A stretch of 61,874 nt of DNA, filler included, from Sphacelaria rigidula (Eukaryota): NCBI GenBank assembly GCA_964200075.2. It is 10 parts of 10 records of this genome, joined end to end, with 100 filler letters (N's around TTAATTAATTAA, not from the genome) between each part and the next. Parts side by side here need not be neighbours in the genome. Positions count along the whole stretch, not along the records: positions 6,199 to 12,296 come from CAXNAA020022239.1; positions 12,397 to 18,494 come from CAXNAA020022240.1; positions 18,595 to 24,692 come from CAXNAA020022241.1; 7 more parts are not named here. The stretch is one strand, 5' to 3'. How positions within the stretch are numbered: position 1 is the stretch's first letter; every line of letters starts with the position of its first letter. Below, in pieces: positions 11,247 to 23,792 of this stretch. The notes under the pieces are model-generated. The model was not told the DNA's origin and made no database searches. It saw only the letters and a program-made list of their open reading frames with translations. The position numbers and the translations under genes were made by a program.

Positions 11247-12396
11247 ATTTGTTCCCGATTTTTCGGGTAAAAAACTTCCTCCTGTTACAGCAGATTTCTC
11301 AACCACATCAAGGAATATAATAAATCAAGACCGACTACACATTACTCGGAGGAAAATATGGTGCATTTGTTTTCAAGAGCACCATATTTTTCTGGACTTG
11401 ACCGGCCTCCGAGAAAACTGAGCGGTCTTCGAGAAAAATGCAATGTTGGCGAAGAAAAATAGTGCGGCCACCACCGAAAAAATGCACAGGTCGGTGTGCT
11501 GAAACTGTCTCGACCAGTACAGCGAGGCATTCCAAGGCGCAGAAATCCACCTAGCTTTGCTTCAGGGCGCAAAACGACGCAGAAGCTGTTACACAAACAG
11601 GCTCTCTTCCAGATTTTTCCTTTTGTTTGCCGTAAGAAGCGGCCTATGACGGGGCCTAATACACGAGGGGATGTGAGAATGAGACTGTGAGAACGAGACC
11701 GCGAGAATGAATATAACAAGGTTTTCGTGAGACTGAGAGTTGGGTGGGGATTTAGAGTGGCTTTGATCATTCGCTTTAACTTGGCCAATTCTTCATTCCG
11801 TGTGTGCCTTTCGTCGTTTCATCACTGCCATGTGCTTACAGCTACAAGTTGATATCCTACTCAGGGGTATCGAGGGCCTCAGTGGCAAGCTACTACAGAG
11901 GGAATATTGAGCCTGGTGGAGGTGTATTTCGGAACTGAAACGGCTTATTCACTAANNNNNNNNNNTCACTAATTGACCGCTTTTCACTCTCAATCGTACC
12001 TTCAACTCGCAATTTCACGAAAACGCTGTTGTATGAGTATGACAAGCAGCCCACGCGGAGACACCAATCACCAGCGCAGGGACAATGCAATCCGACTATT
12101 GATAAGGTCGAGTACCAGACAGTACAGTACAGACAGTATTTGCATTTTAAAAATTGCACCGTCCGTAAAGAGCGGTTGCCGAAACTCTCCGACATCACCG
12201 ATTTTTCATCACTGATTTTGTTACCCTGAGAGTCGATCTCTATAAACAGCCAATCATCTATATTGAGGATGGTGCTATTGATTGAGGATGAGAACCNNNN
12301 NNNNNNNNNNNNNNNNNNNNNNNNNNNNNNNNNNNNNNNNTTAATTAATTAANNNNNNNNNNNNNNNNNNNNNNNNNNNNNNNNNNNNNNNNNNNN

Positions 12397-12550
12397 TGAA
12401 GGGTGAGCTGTATCCTGCTAAGATTGTTTTGCCCGAAGCCTACTGATTATCTTGCATTTGGATGACAGCCATTAATGAGTTGCTTTATTCTGTGGTATCA
12501 GAGACAGCCACGGCTTTTACACTGCTTCATGGGTGTCTTACCAGGGGGGG
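12397..12550 (-). repeat. Distal 3'-UTR fragment (module C) of the LINE family
   Basis: Matches the reverse complement of 49360-49480 and the same strand of 45663-45735. Confidence 0.8.
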
Positions 12551-13546
12551 AGGGCGGGCACAAAAAAGCGGGGTAACGAATGTGTTACACGACCTCGCAC
12601 TCTAGTAATGGAATTCCTGTATTGGTGAATACGGTGTCCAGTGGTTCGGAAAGGAAAGTACAACGAAATTCATGCATGTATATATGTATGTATGTACATG
12701 TATCATTTCACATTTTCACCACTTTCGTCAAGTATTCTCTGGCGGCGAGGGATTTTTCCCCGTGCTTTCTTTTGCAACGCACTAGGGAGACTCAGCGATA
12801 CATTACCGCTCAGGTTCGGTTGTCATCTGATACCTGTGGCGCGTGTTCCGGCCAGCGAAAGTCCCTCAAACTAACCCTTTTTCTCGGGGTGTCGATCCCG
12901 AACCACACAAGCGAAGGCAAGAGATGGCTTCATGTTTCAAGTACGGGCTTCATACATAATGGTGTCGGGGTCCTTCTTACACCTCAGGCGGGTCGGTATG
13001 TTCTATAAATGGGTTGATATCTATGGCGAAGGCACGGCATATATTTCCCCCTACATGTCGGTGCGTGCTCTTTGAGGTAATGTACTGACCATGTATGTTG
13101 CTCGCACTATCAAAGCAGAGTCTGCGCCTTCGGTAATTATTGCTCCAACATGTAGGCTTTCACGAAATTACTTCAACCATGTGTGAGGAAGGCGTATCGC
13201 TAGGGTAGAGAGAGACCTACGGGGGGGACTGTCGTTGGAGGTGTCGTCCTGATACCGAACGAGATCCGAGGCTGGCGATGATTTCCTCGTGTAATATGTG
13301 GGCAAAAAGTGGGTTGGACGAGAAGTGGTCGCCAGGGGGCGACCAGTTCCTCGGGGGATGCTGGTCCGCCCTGGTATCAGACTTTTCCTGGCATCACCCC
13401 AAGTTGTCTAGTATCGTTGGCATTGGAGGGTCCTCGGTAATCTGGTCTTTTCGGACCGTTCCTACCTTGTACCTGCCTGCGCTGGTTCTTCATACATGTG
13501 TGGCATCAGTCTCTGATATGTCACTGTAAAGAGGTGTCTTCCACAT

Positions 13547-13563
13547 CCCCCCCCCCCCCCCCC
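13547..13563 (-). other. Polypurine tract of the minus-strand Gypsy element; the 3' LTR starts (TGTGG) at 13545 and runs leftward
   Basis: Minus-strand G17 followed by a-TGTGGAAG, downstream of the integrase. The other LTR end is not resolved. Confidence 0.55.
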
Positions 13564-13799
13564 ATGCGCCTCAAGCCCATCAGGACTGTGACTGGTAGGA
13601 CGAGGCGACCATCAGCTTCGCTAATGATATAATCGTGGAAGTGTCTTTGAGTGACAATCATTGATTGAGTCACGCCATCGCTAATCGCAGAGGTAACCCT
13701 TCTCTATACTGTGGCATTGAGTAAACACCCCCAGTAAATTTTAGCTACCTGTGGTCAGTAACAGTGCATGCATTGCAAACCCTTTAATTTGTGTTTTCT

Positions 13800-14396
13800 C
13801 TGTCATGTAACTGTGTCACGTGTGACATGTTTCCATCAGATACCTTTTTGCACTTTGGTGCTGCTTTGCATCCGTCGGTTACGCATGACTGGGCGCTGGG
13901 ACGGTGAACGGTCCACGGGCGCCTGGGTTGTTCAGTCCGGGTTCTAGGATTCCTTTGGTTCCGTAACACCGGGGTAGGACTAGGTCCTCGGGTTAGCAAC
14001 AAAGCGGCGGGTATGATGTTTTCGGCCTGTGAGCATTGTGCTCCGTTGGCTAAACATCGTCAACATGACCCTTGCTTCTTGTCATTTCGTGTCATGTAAC
14101 TGTGTCATGTAACTGTGTCATGTGTGGCATATATCTATGCATGCATTTGCACTCTGGTGCTGGCTGCATCAGTTGGGTACTGTATATACATGAGTGGGTA
14201 CTGGGACATTGACCGGTCCACGGGCGCTTGAGGTATTCATGCCCGGGTTCTGGGATGCCTTTGGTTCCACTGACACCGAAGTAGGACTATTGTAAGTCCT
14301 CGCGTTAGTAACAAATCGGTGGAGATGATGTCTTCGGCCTGTGAGCATTGTGCTATTTTGGCTAAACATTGTCAAAATGATCTTTGCTTCTTGTCA
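13800..14396. repeat. Diverged tandem duplication (~290 bp x 2) in the Gypsy 3' internal region
   Basis: 13800-14084 aligns with 14103-14396 (tgtcatgtaactgtgtca... ggtccacgggcgc... ttcggcctgtgagcattgtgct... tgcttcttgtca). Confidence 0.85.
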
Positions 14397-15030
14397 GCAA
14401 CTAACCCCATTGCTGAGAGGCTATGTCCCTTAGGAAGTTGTACCTCCGTCACCGCTGACATGTCAGATATTATTCCGTTCATGTCTGCATTGTTCCAACG
14501 TCGTTTTATGTGTAACTCTTACTGATTTCCGAATTGTGACCCCAGGCTATTGCTCAACCCTTGAGCGTTTTGCTAGGACGCTCGAACAGTTTGTTGAACA
14601 GTCATATCGGTTCCCGTTTCTAGTTCTTTTTTTATTTCGAGTCCGGATCTGAGCACTCTGGTATCCCATTGTCATGACGGTATTTATCGATGAGATTACT
14701 GTAGCATTGTGGTATTTCGTCGACTCGATAGGTCAGGTCAGCTGCTAGGCCGTAGCCTTTAAGTCTCAACCGATATTAGTAGTTATGAAGACTTCTCCAC
14801 CCTGGTCCTGGAAGGTGAGCTACCACTTTTTCGACAGCGCAATGTTTTTTTCTAGGCAACGTTTCGTCTGGTTGGTCACTCTCTGGTACAGGTACCCGCT
14901 TGCCTAGAAACAACTCGCTCGACATATCGAAATCTGACGCGGGTGGCGTTTCTCGCGGACGATATTTCTTCAAGTGAGCGAGATGTACTGGCATTTCTTC
15001 AGAGTCGTCGCCTATTCTGATTCTGTACAC

Positions 15031-15278
15031 GACACTTTTTACGATAGCCCCCTCCAAAAAGTGTATGGTTTTGGGAGGCAAAATCTTCACGTAAATCGGA
15101 ATAGCAAAAGCCGAGCACAACGAGCAGCTGGTAATTCCCATGATGGGGTTAGTTCTAGCCACTGTCGCCAATATGAGGCGCTTCATGCAGCCTGAACCCA
15201 AACATCAGGTGCTGTGTGGCGATTTTTTTCGTGACACTTTTGGGCTGGTTTTTTGGGGGGGCTATCGTAGAAAGTGTC
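15031..15278. mobile_element. MITE family A (248 bp, 4-bp TSD ACAC) inserted in the Gypsy integrase
   Basis: TIRs gacactttttacgatagccccc / gggggctatcgtagaaagtgtc. Removing the element and one ACAC restores SPVVYRIRI. Confidence 0.93.
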
Positions 15279-15406
15279 ACACAACCGGCGATCGTTTCTC
15301 GGTTATCATGAAAGGTCCTCTCCATGGTGGTCGGAGTTTCGGGTTCAGCCCTTCTAAATCTTGATATGGTCGGTACAAGAGTATCTTCTGATCGGGTTTG
15401 AACACT

Positions 15407-16182
15407 GGGGACGGTTTTAACCCTTTCGGGACCGGGCCTCTAGGACGACCGATGATGCTTGCTAGGAATGACGTGTCTGGCGTCTGCACGAAACAGTACA
15501 GTAGCGTGTTGCTGAAAATCCGCGTATGTAACCGCAGGGTCATGATTTAATTGATTGATTGTCGCACATTCACTGACCCCCCAGGGGTCCAGCCGTGGTC
15601 TCATTTAGGAAGACCGAAAGTTTCATCCAATCCATTTTCAGGTGCAGAGTGCGCATTAGGTAATGTACATCTGATGTAGCAAGCAGTATGGGTCGCGGTA
15701 GAGAGCTTTCAACAGGATGCGGCGACCGTCGGGCCGCCCGTCACTTGTGGCTCTGGCAGATACTTTTGTCCCCACCACCTTTCCACAAAGCCCTTTGTGG
15801 TCGGGGTGGGCCGCCATTTCCCTCTTTGTTGCATACGGCAAATTTTCTTCGAAGGGCTTCAGCGCTGCGGCGCGCATACACACAGTTTAGTACAGTACAG
15901 TGCAGTACGCCTCTCCGACTGCAGCAGCAGCTGCCGCTGCATACTCCCTTGCACGTTCTGGGCAGCTCTCAGCTACCGAGATCACCTGCCTATATACCAC
16001 TCCTTCATCCCCGCCCACAACATACATGCCAACTGCACACTGCAAGTCATCGGCAGAGGGACAAACAGAATTCATGACGGTAGCTCCTTTTGTCTTTCCA
16101 CGGCCCACCTGGGTTTAGTGCCTCGTGAAAATGGCCACATTGTAGCATGTACACTCCTCCCTGGTTTTCCCCACTCCACCCT
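15407..16182. mobile_element. Unclassified ~770-bp insertion splitting the integrase between QLHY and PVFKPDQ
   Basis: Integrase homology stops and resumes on either side. 15545-15585 resembles 31965-32012. Ends and TSD are ambiguous. Confidence 0.55.
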
Positions 16183-18594
16183 GTGATAGTGTAATTGTTT
16201 TTTGTTTTTGTTCCCTCGCTCGTTCGCTCTTTCTCGTAGAGCTTGTCTCGCAATTTCAAATCCTAACCGTAGGTTTTCCCGTGTTTCTATGGAAACTTCT
16301 TCGGGCGTTGCAGCTCGGCTTTCCTCACGTGTGCCGAGGATGATGTCGATTGGTAATCTGGGCTGTATTCCGGACAATAAAATACGGTATCTCCTGTACT
16401 GTGTGGTGATGGGATGTGTTGTACGCCATTTGGATGAACGGAAGCATGGATGCCCAATTTTTGTTTCCAACTGACGTATGCATAGCTAACGTCGCGTGCA
16501 TAGTGGAGTAGAGTCATTCCGACACTAAATTACCTTGCGGGCGTAACGGTGTTTTGCGAGTTTCATTGAAACCCAGCTATTATTGCCGTGCGTATATTAG
16601 CTTGTTTCAAATTCGGCTCCTCGATCAGAATACCGCTTATCCGGAATGTCAAATGCAGTAGAAACTCTATCGCTAAGAGTTGTGGCTATCAACGTGGCCT
16701 GTTTATTCGGCCCCGGAATGAGCAAAGCGTACCTTGTGAGGTGGTCCATTACGGACAGTACATATTTACATAGTATTCCAGCGTCTGGCATCGAAGTTGC
16801 TTTGTATTCGACCAGGTCTGCCGACACACTTCCGTATGGCCATCCTATCGGAACGTGCCCCATCGGGAATTTTTGGCCGGTTGTGGACCGTTTTTTCGGC
16901 GTTGGCAACCCTGATATAGTGTGCGTATTCCCGTGTTTGCTCTCTTCGCAATTTTTCGCGGGGGACTGGCAGCTGTCGGTCACTCTGCACCGGCTTCAAG
17001 CGGCCGAGCTTCTCAGCTGGTACTTGGAATTGATCCTGTGGTTCAGTTATTCGTAGCGCAGGGTCTTCTGGCACGTTACAGCATATTCGTGAAAGCAACG
17101 GCTTGATTTTAGCTTCGTGTCGCTCTTAAAACCAACAGAGTTTACCAGATGGTCGGAAAAAATGGTTGAAAATATATGATACTCGTTTTGGTGTTGCCCA
17201 GTGCGGTGGATCTCAACGAGTTACAGGCGCAGCAGTGAAGATGAAACTGCCAACAGAAATCCCCGACAGTAGAAAATATCGACAACAACCAAACGTTTGG
17301 ATGGCAAGCTGCGACCGGCGCGGAAATCTTGGAAGAGTCAGATAGCTGATGAAATAAATGTCCGCACTACGAGAGGACTCGGTTGGTTCTGAACCAAATA
17401 AAGTTGAACTCCGTCGGCCATTCTTGCTGTACTGTTGGCGGCTGCTGCTTTTCTGCTTGTACAGTACCCCGCACCACTGCAGGCTCCCTACATTCGCTAG
17501 TGCGACTCCGTCCACGTGATGAGAGACAGACTGTAAAGCGTCAGGTGGCTGGCTGTGCCGCATGAGTGGGTCATTGCCGATGACTTATGACAGATATGAA
17601 GTATTCGCGGATCACAACCGATGTGCATTTCACTTATTTCTGGCACCCACTCGCACCTACTCCACGGTCCAGCTAATTTGTTCGAAAAGATGCACGTCCC
17701 ACCACGTCTGGTATTTCTCAAACGATTTGGGGATATATGCTATGCCGATGCTATTGCGCTTGGTATGCCTTGTACGCGCACAAGATGCCTTCCACATGCG
17801 CCAGGTTTTCTGACGCGACCGTGAAGGCACCACAGTCTGAAACACCACCCAGCCTGTACATGATTTGCAACGTGGGATACCACCCTGGTAACGGTCAGCG
17901 CATGAGGAATGTGCAACGAAATACAAATGTATATTTCTCCCGCCGCGGCGTCCCTACGTTCGTTGTTGCACCCTCGCCAGCGATGTACTGACGCAATCCA
18001 AAGCATTTGCCAGCACGGTCGGACTGATGGTTGACTAGTACGGTACAGTACAGTGCCGCTACACAGCCAGTACTGTCGTATGCACACAAGCACGTATTGT
18101 CTTCACATCAGCCCTGTTGTGCAGACCCGCGTCCGAACGATAAAACCGAGGGCAGCGAAATCTCCTCGCTCTTGTGCTGCTGACGCACAGGCGGGCCGTG
18201 GGTGGTGAAGGCATTGCTCAAGTACGCATGCTGGAAAAGAAATAGGAAGAATAAGGTCTTCTTGAGATACTTTCCTCACTACCGACAAGAAGCAAGATCC
18301 CGGCAACTCAGTATACCCTAGCACACAACAGTGCGAAAGGGGGAGCTGTAAGTTGGCGGCCCTGATCAGTTAAGTTTCAACTAGTCGCGCCAACGGCCTG
18401 TTAGTCGATGTTTTCCCAGTTTATCGTCGTTTATCTGCGACGCCGACTAACTGGGAGAACATCGACGGCGAGCATCGAAGCCGCGATAACGCCCNNNNNN
18501 NNNNNNNNNNNNNNNNNNNNNNNNNNNNNNNNNNNNNNTTAATTAATTAANNNNNNNNNNNNNNNNNNNNNNNNNNNNNNNNNNNNNNNNNNNN

Positions 18595-21500
18595 CCCTCA
18601 TACGGCCCCCAGACTCAGGGGTATGGTTACAACCCGCATGCTGCCCAACTGACCAATCAGACACATGGTCAAGCGTCGCAGGTGCCTACCCAAAACCCCA
18701 ACGCCAATCAACTAGCACTCCCACCCAGCCAAACTCTGAACAGTCAGACGTCGACACAACCTTCGCAAGACGCTAGACGCGCCTTGCCCCCTGACCCTCA
18801 TGGACCTCCAGCACAACAGACAACGTCAAGTAACACAGCGCACACCGCCATGCGTACCACCTGACTGGCTCCTCGATGCGCCGTGTACCCTTCGACGCTA
18901 TCGAGTCAACCCCACAAGGGTACCGCTTGGTGGACGCCACCTTCCATGACTGCACCACAAAATTCGGTGTCAGTCCCTGTCCTTGATAGTTCGTCCAGTG
19001 TCTCGAGGCATGAGCCTACGCCACAGACTGGCGAAATTTTCCCCCGGTCTCCGGTGCGACATCATTCCACGCGAATGCAAGCCTGCCTTACACGGCCTAT
19101 GACCAACCACCAACACGGTGCGGTCCCCATGAATTTTACGCGGCCACTGTCCCCACACCCCGAAACTGAGATATCGTCGGCCGGCGCTAGCTCAAGCTTG
19201 TGGTGTGGGTACAATGGGTTCGATCAGTCCTGGGTCAAGGGTCCCACTCAGGCAAGATTCCGTGGAACCACTCGTGGTTATAGCGCTCACGGTGAGGAAT
19301 TGTGTCGTACTACCACTAGGAATGATCACTCTAGTATACGACTTCATAACTCGATCTGTGGACAGCTATCTTGCTCTCAGTCAAACCAGAGGGGGAGGCC
19401 ACATCCAGCTGGTATCCACGAGCCGAGAGAGAAGCTGTCTCCCGGTCATCGTGTTGCTGCCCCTGCGACTACCCATCGTAGGGTATGTTTCAGCCTAGAC
19501 GTCCAAGTGGCGTCGGGCCCCGTTGTAGTTGAGCATAGTTTTTCCACTGTGAATCATGACCACAGGGAACCCTCGGTTTCCGTTGCTCCACGGGTTGGAG
19601 AAGGACCCCCGGCAGTGACCCGGTCGGTAAGCCAAGAGCTCACACCGTCACGAAGCACTCCCGAGAACTTCCCAACAGCGACAGGCCACGACGGTACGTC
19701 TCAGGCATTGGATGTGCCGCTATCGCCCTCTTTCCCCCCTTTGCCCCCTGAGCCAGCACCAACAAAGAGGTCGACGCGGAACGTGTTGAGCCACAAGTCC
19801 ACCCTACCTACTGTCGGTTTGTTGTCGCGTTCACGTGCGGGTCCGCCACTGGCGACCCCACACCACGACAGTCTCACGCGGGTAACAGACGATTCGTCCC
19901 CTGTAGTTCCAAGTTTGGTCCCCGACAACGTGTATCCCGATAAATCCGTGGAGACCATGTCTATTTCCAATTCATGTGTTGATGTTTCGAACGTGAGTTC
20001 CGCTGATGTAGTCATCGGAACCACGTCCGACGACGAAAAACCGTCGACCCCTTTGTCCACTACTGTAGATGATTCGGCAGACACATCGTAGTGCAGGGTT
20101 GAAATTTCTGCTGACCCTAAACTTTGGACATCTACTACGCCGATAGTGCATGCCCCCCCTGCCAACATCACAGCCGGCCCTGCTTCCACCACGACGGCCA
20201 CTCCTAATAGTCGCACTCCTATAGCGGTTTATGAGATAAGTAGCACGGACGCCCCAACGTTGGACAACACCCAAGACCAGTGCCCCCCTCCCCAGGCCCT
20301 ACAAGACCACCCCAGAGTGTATCTCAATACCATAGTCCAGGAGGTACGGAGAACACAAATCGGTTCGTTGCCAGAATTTGGTCCGGATCTTAAGAGTGGC
20401 GTTGTCACCTTGGACGATGCGTCTTTTACAACTAGAGTTGGACTTCATAGTGGGTCTTGTGCAACCCGTCAACTTATGGCTCTGGCACTGCCGGACTCGG
20501 GCTCCCCACAGACTTTCATCACCGACAGTTGCTGGCGGGAAATGATCCGTACCGCCGCGGTAGATGATAAATGTCTGTCTACTGTCGCCCCCCGCACTTT
20601 CGGCGGCTTTGGGTCAGGTTCCACTTTGAGTGTCACCCAGGCTATGCGGTCAAGTGTTCAGTTCTTCGATGATACGAAGCCCACGGCACAACTTTCTGTT
20701 TGGGTCTTGATCGTTCCACACAACGCTATGGCGTTCGATGTTCTGCTGGGCAGGGATAGCTGGTTGCGATTTTCGACACATACATACACCACGGAACCTC
20801 CGTCACCGCATTCACCCACGAAGGGCAAACTGCAGCTGGGCCATCTTAACGACCAAACCGGTGCCCAGGCTTTCACGCGCGACTCCTCTGTAACACAAAC
20901 CGCTTTCAAGTTGTTTCATGTTGGGGAGGCAGTTGCGTCACTTTCGCATGAACCCCAACCCGTGGTGAATTTGGCGCGGCACAATGGTCTGCCAGCACTC
21001 ACAGGACAGTACTTGGTAGACTTCCTTCACCGTGATGGTTCGACAGGTTGCATGTTCGGACAGGAGGATGTTTTCGTGAAAGACGGACGCCAGCAACTTT
21101 TCCTGGCGTCTCCAGAGTGCGTGTGATTTAGTACCCAACCAGTTGTTGGGGTATGCCTCGGCTCGCCTACTACGTACTCCCCTGTCGGATATCTGCCCCC
21201 GCACCAGTACCACTACTCCAACTGACTTCGAGCAAAGTACCGACTGCAATAGACCAGGATCAATAGATCCAATGGTAGTGACCGCGTCTGATGAAGAAGC
21301 GGAACCGGAAATTCCCCATATACTGTTAGGTTGAATCCTTAACAGCCTGAGCAGCGGGCAGGTTTCTTGCGACCGACGAACTACGAGATGTTCTGATCCG
21401 CTATGCCGCGCGATTCTCCACCTCACCTCTTCATTTGGGTCGCTGCACGACGGCTCCGTTCAAAATCAACGTGCCGAAAGGAACGCCCTCCATCGCCACA

Positions 21501-23596
21501 CGCCCTTATCGCACAAACCCGCTGCTCGCTCATAAAGTACAAGTAATCATAGATAGCTACTTAGCGGCGGGGATCATTCGTTATTCGAGATCTCCCTGGG
21601 CCTCCCCCTTGGTTGTTGTTCGAAAGAAAAATGGCAAGATCCGCCTCACTGTCAACTATCAACGCTTAAACGCGGTGACGACAGTTCCCCGCCTTCCGCT
21701 CACCCGAATATATGAAATCATCGACTCCATTGGACGAGGTAAAATATTTTCTACTTTCGATATGAAGTCGGGTTACCATCAACTGGTGATGGACCCCGAC
21801 TCCATTGAGATGACGGCGTTTTGCACACCGTCCGGACTTCATGAATGACTAGTGACACCACAAGGTGCCTCTGGTGCGCCCGGGGCTTTTCAACGAGTCA
21901 TGTTTCGCGTCACCGATGGGCTTCCCAACTGCCAGATGTACCTGGACGATGCCGTGATTCAGGATCTTAATCCCGAGGGGCACGTAGAGCAATTAGCGAT
22001 ATTTTTTGGCCGATTCGAGCAGCATAATCTGAAACTTTCGCCATCGAAATCACAGATTGGCGCCACGACTATCACATTTATGGGGTACTGCAATACCCCA
22101 GAAGACCGCAGCCCAACTCTCGACAAATTTTCAGCTCTTGCAAACATGCCAATGCCCAAAGATGTCCCTCAACTGCGCTCGCTGCTCGGCGGCCTCAGCT
22201 ATTACCGCCAATATCTACCGAATCTCGCGCGCACACTGAAACCCCTCACCACTCTCCTCAAGCGAGGGGTGAAATTCGAGTTCACCAAAGCCATGGAAGA
22301 GACAGTCCGCGATCTCCTTGCCAAATTGTCTAGCCCTCCGGTCCTTGTATATCCTTATTGGGATGCCGCCGAGGCCGGTTCACGGCCTTTCCGCCTACAC
22401 ACCGACGCTTGCAAGATCAGATTTGGCTGTACACTTGAGCAGGAGCAATCGGATGAATCCATCCGCCCCATAGTCTATCTGAGCCGCACCAAGTTCCCTT
22501 ACGAACAAAATTGGAGCGTTATGGAGCAAGAAGCGGGCGCCGTTATTTGAGGTGTCCGGCCTCTCCGTCACTATTTGTATGGTATCCCCTTCGTCATTTT
22601 GACCGACCACAAATCGTTGGAAACCCTCGTAAAAATGGCGGAGCACAATGCGAGAGTTACCATCTTACGACTTTCAGTTGAAGTATCGGACCGATCCTTG
22701 GAAGGCCAACGCTGACATCCTCTCGCGGTTGCCGACACCTGCCACACGGACCGATTCCTCCCTCGCGGGGCACATAACAGACCCCACGGAGGATATCGTC
22801 TACTTGATCAGTCGTCGTGGTCACCATGGTCTCTGGACGCCTCACGCCTCCACCGACACTACGGGTTTGGGCATGAGTGGGCTGACACCTTCTGCCCCGA
22901 CAACGGCACTAGGTGGCTTGCCCCCTAGATCTCTTCTTTCGGTGTTTGGAAATATCAACACCAATTCAAGTACGGCTGAAGACGCTCACGCCCCCGTGGA
23001 ACGCGTGGTAGTCGATCGTATCAGCGGACACCAACTGGTCCGCAGTCGTGGTGGTAAAATAGCAGTTGATGTATCAGACGCACTGGCAAGGATTGATGTG
23101 GGTCACGTGGGAACGGGAAGTCGACTTGCGGCATTTCCGTAGACAAATTTTGTTGTACTGGGTAGGCGACGTCGCGCAACGCCGTCCGTTGAACCGAAGA
23201 TACAGGTCTACGCGGAAGGGCGCGGCGGCACGGGAGCTGGCCCGGGAGCATTCGGCCCGGTTCGTCATGGCTGGCTATAGCCTTGTTTCGCGTGCGCAAT
23301 ACTTGCTTTCTTTTCGCAGGAAAAGTCTACCAAAAGGCGCGTACTTCTGGTACAAGGCGCAGGACTCCCTCTGGTGGCTGGGCAACATTCACTTACGAGC
23401 CCCCGACTCAGACAATTCCTACTACATCCGCTGCATCGATGACTCCGGCCCCCTGAAGCTCATTTTAGACGATGCTTACTGCACTGAAGCGTCGTCCGCT
23501 CGCCGCGGGTCCTGGTGTCTCCAGCGTCATGACGGCAACATCGACGGCGCCATTCTCCAGAATACCGACAATTCATGCAAGGAAGACGAGTCTTGA
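18595..23596 (+). mobile_element. Degenerate Ty3/Gypsy gag-pol: protease, RT, RNase H, integrase core deleted, chromodomain plus an extra C-terminal domain
   Basis: ALPDSGSPQTFI / FDVLLGRD (protease); SPWASPLVVVRKKNG, FDMKSGYHQ, PQGASGAP..FQRVM, YLDD (RT); LHTDAC..FGCTLEQ, LTDHKSL (RNase H). Stops at 20091, 21126, 21848, 22550. Confidence 0.95.
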
Positions 23597-23676
23597 GGCG
23601 TTATGTCCTACTTCCCCCGTTCAGCGTCGTCTAGCGGCTTCGACGCCATGGCCGCAAACTCCCCTTCCTTTTTGTT

Positions 23677-23792
23677 GGTGTGTGTATGTGAATGTATGTG
23701 TGTTTGTGTATGTTGGTGTGTGTATGCGCATATGTATGTGGGTGTATGTATGCGCATGCGTGTGTATGCGTGTGCGTGTATGCTTATGTATG
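23677..23792. repeat. Degenerate (TG)/(TATG) microsatellite
   Basis: Direct reading. Confidence 0.9.

Larger units (their letters stand above)
14670..17090 (-). mobile_element. Degenerate Ty3/Gypsy integrase with an SH3-like C-terminus and a chromodomain-like tail, interrupted by two insertions
   Basis: VSADLVEY..KYVLSVMDHLTRYA...SDRGAEF (rve core), PRLPIDIIL, KLRPPWRGPF..SPVVYRI..VHLAHLKKY, VEKVVAH..YRLRLKGYG. Contains stops and frameshifts. Confidence 0.92.

Noticed and set aside
17213..18100. Possible SWIM or transposase remnant (DGVQLYLVQNQ...) on the minus strand
   Set aside because: Only a short resemblance; no complete motif could be traced.
18337..18494. PPT-like aaagggggag followed by TGTAAG as an LTR start
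   Set aside because: No partner LTR or same-strand pol sequence lies within the contig.
18883..20091. 402-aa ORF as a host gene
   Set aside because: S/P/T-rich region directly upstream of, and in frame with, the Gypsy protease; it is part of the retroelement.
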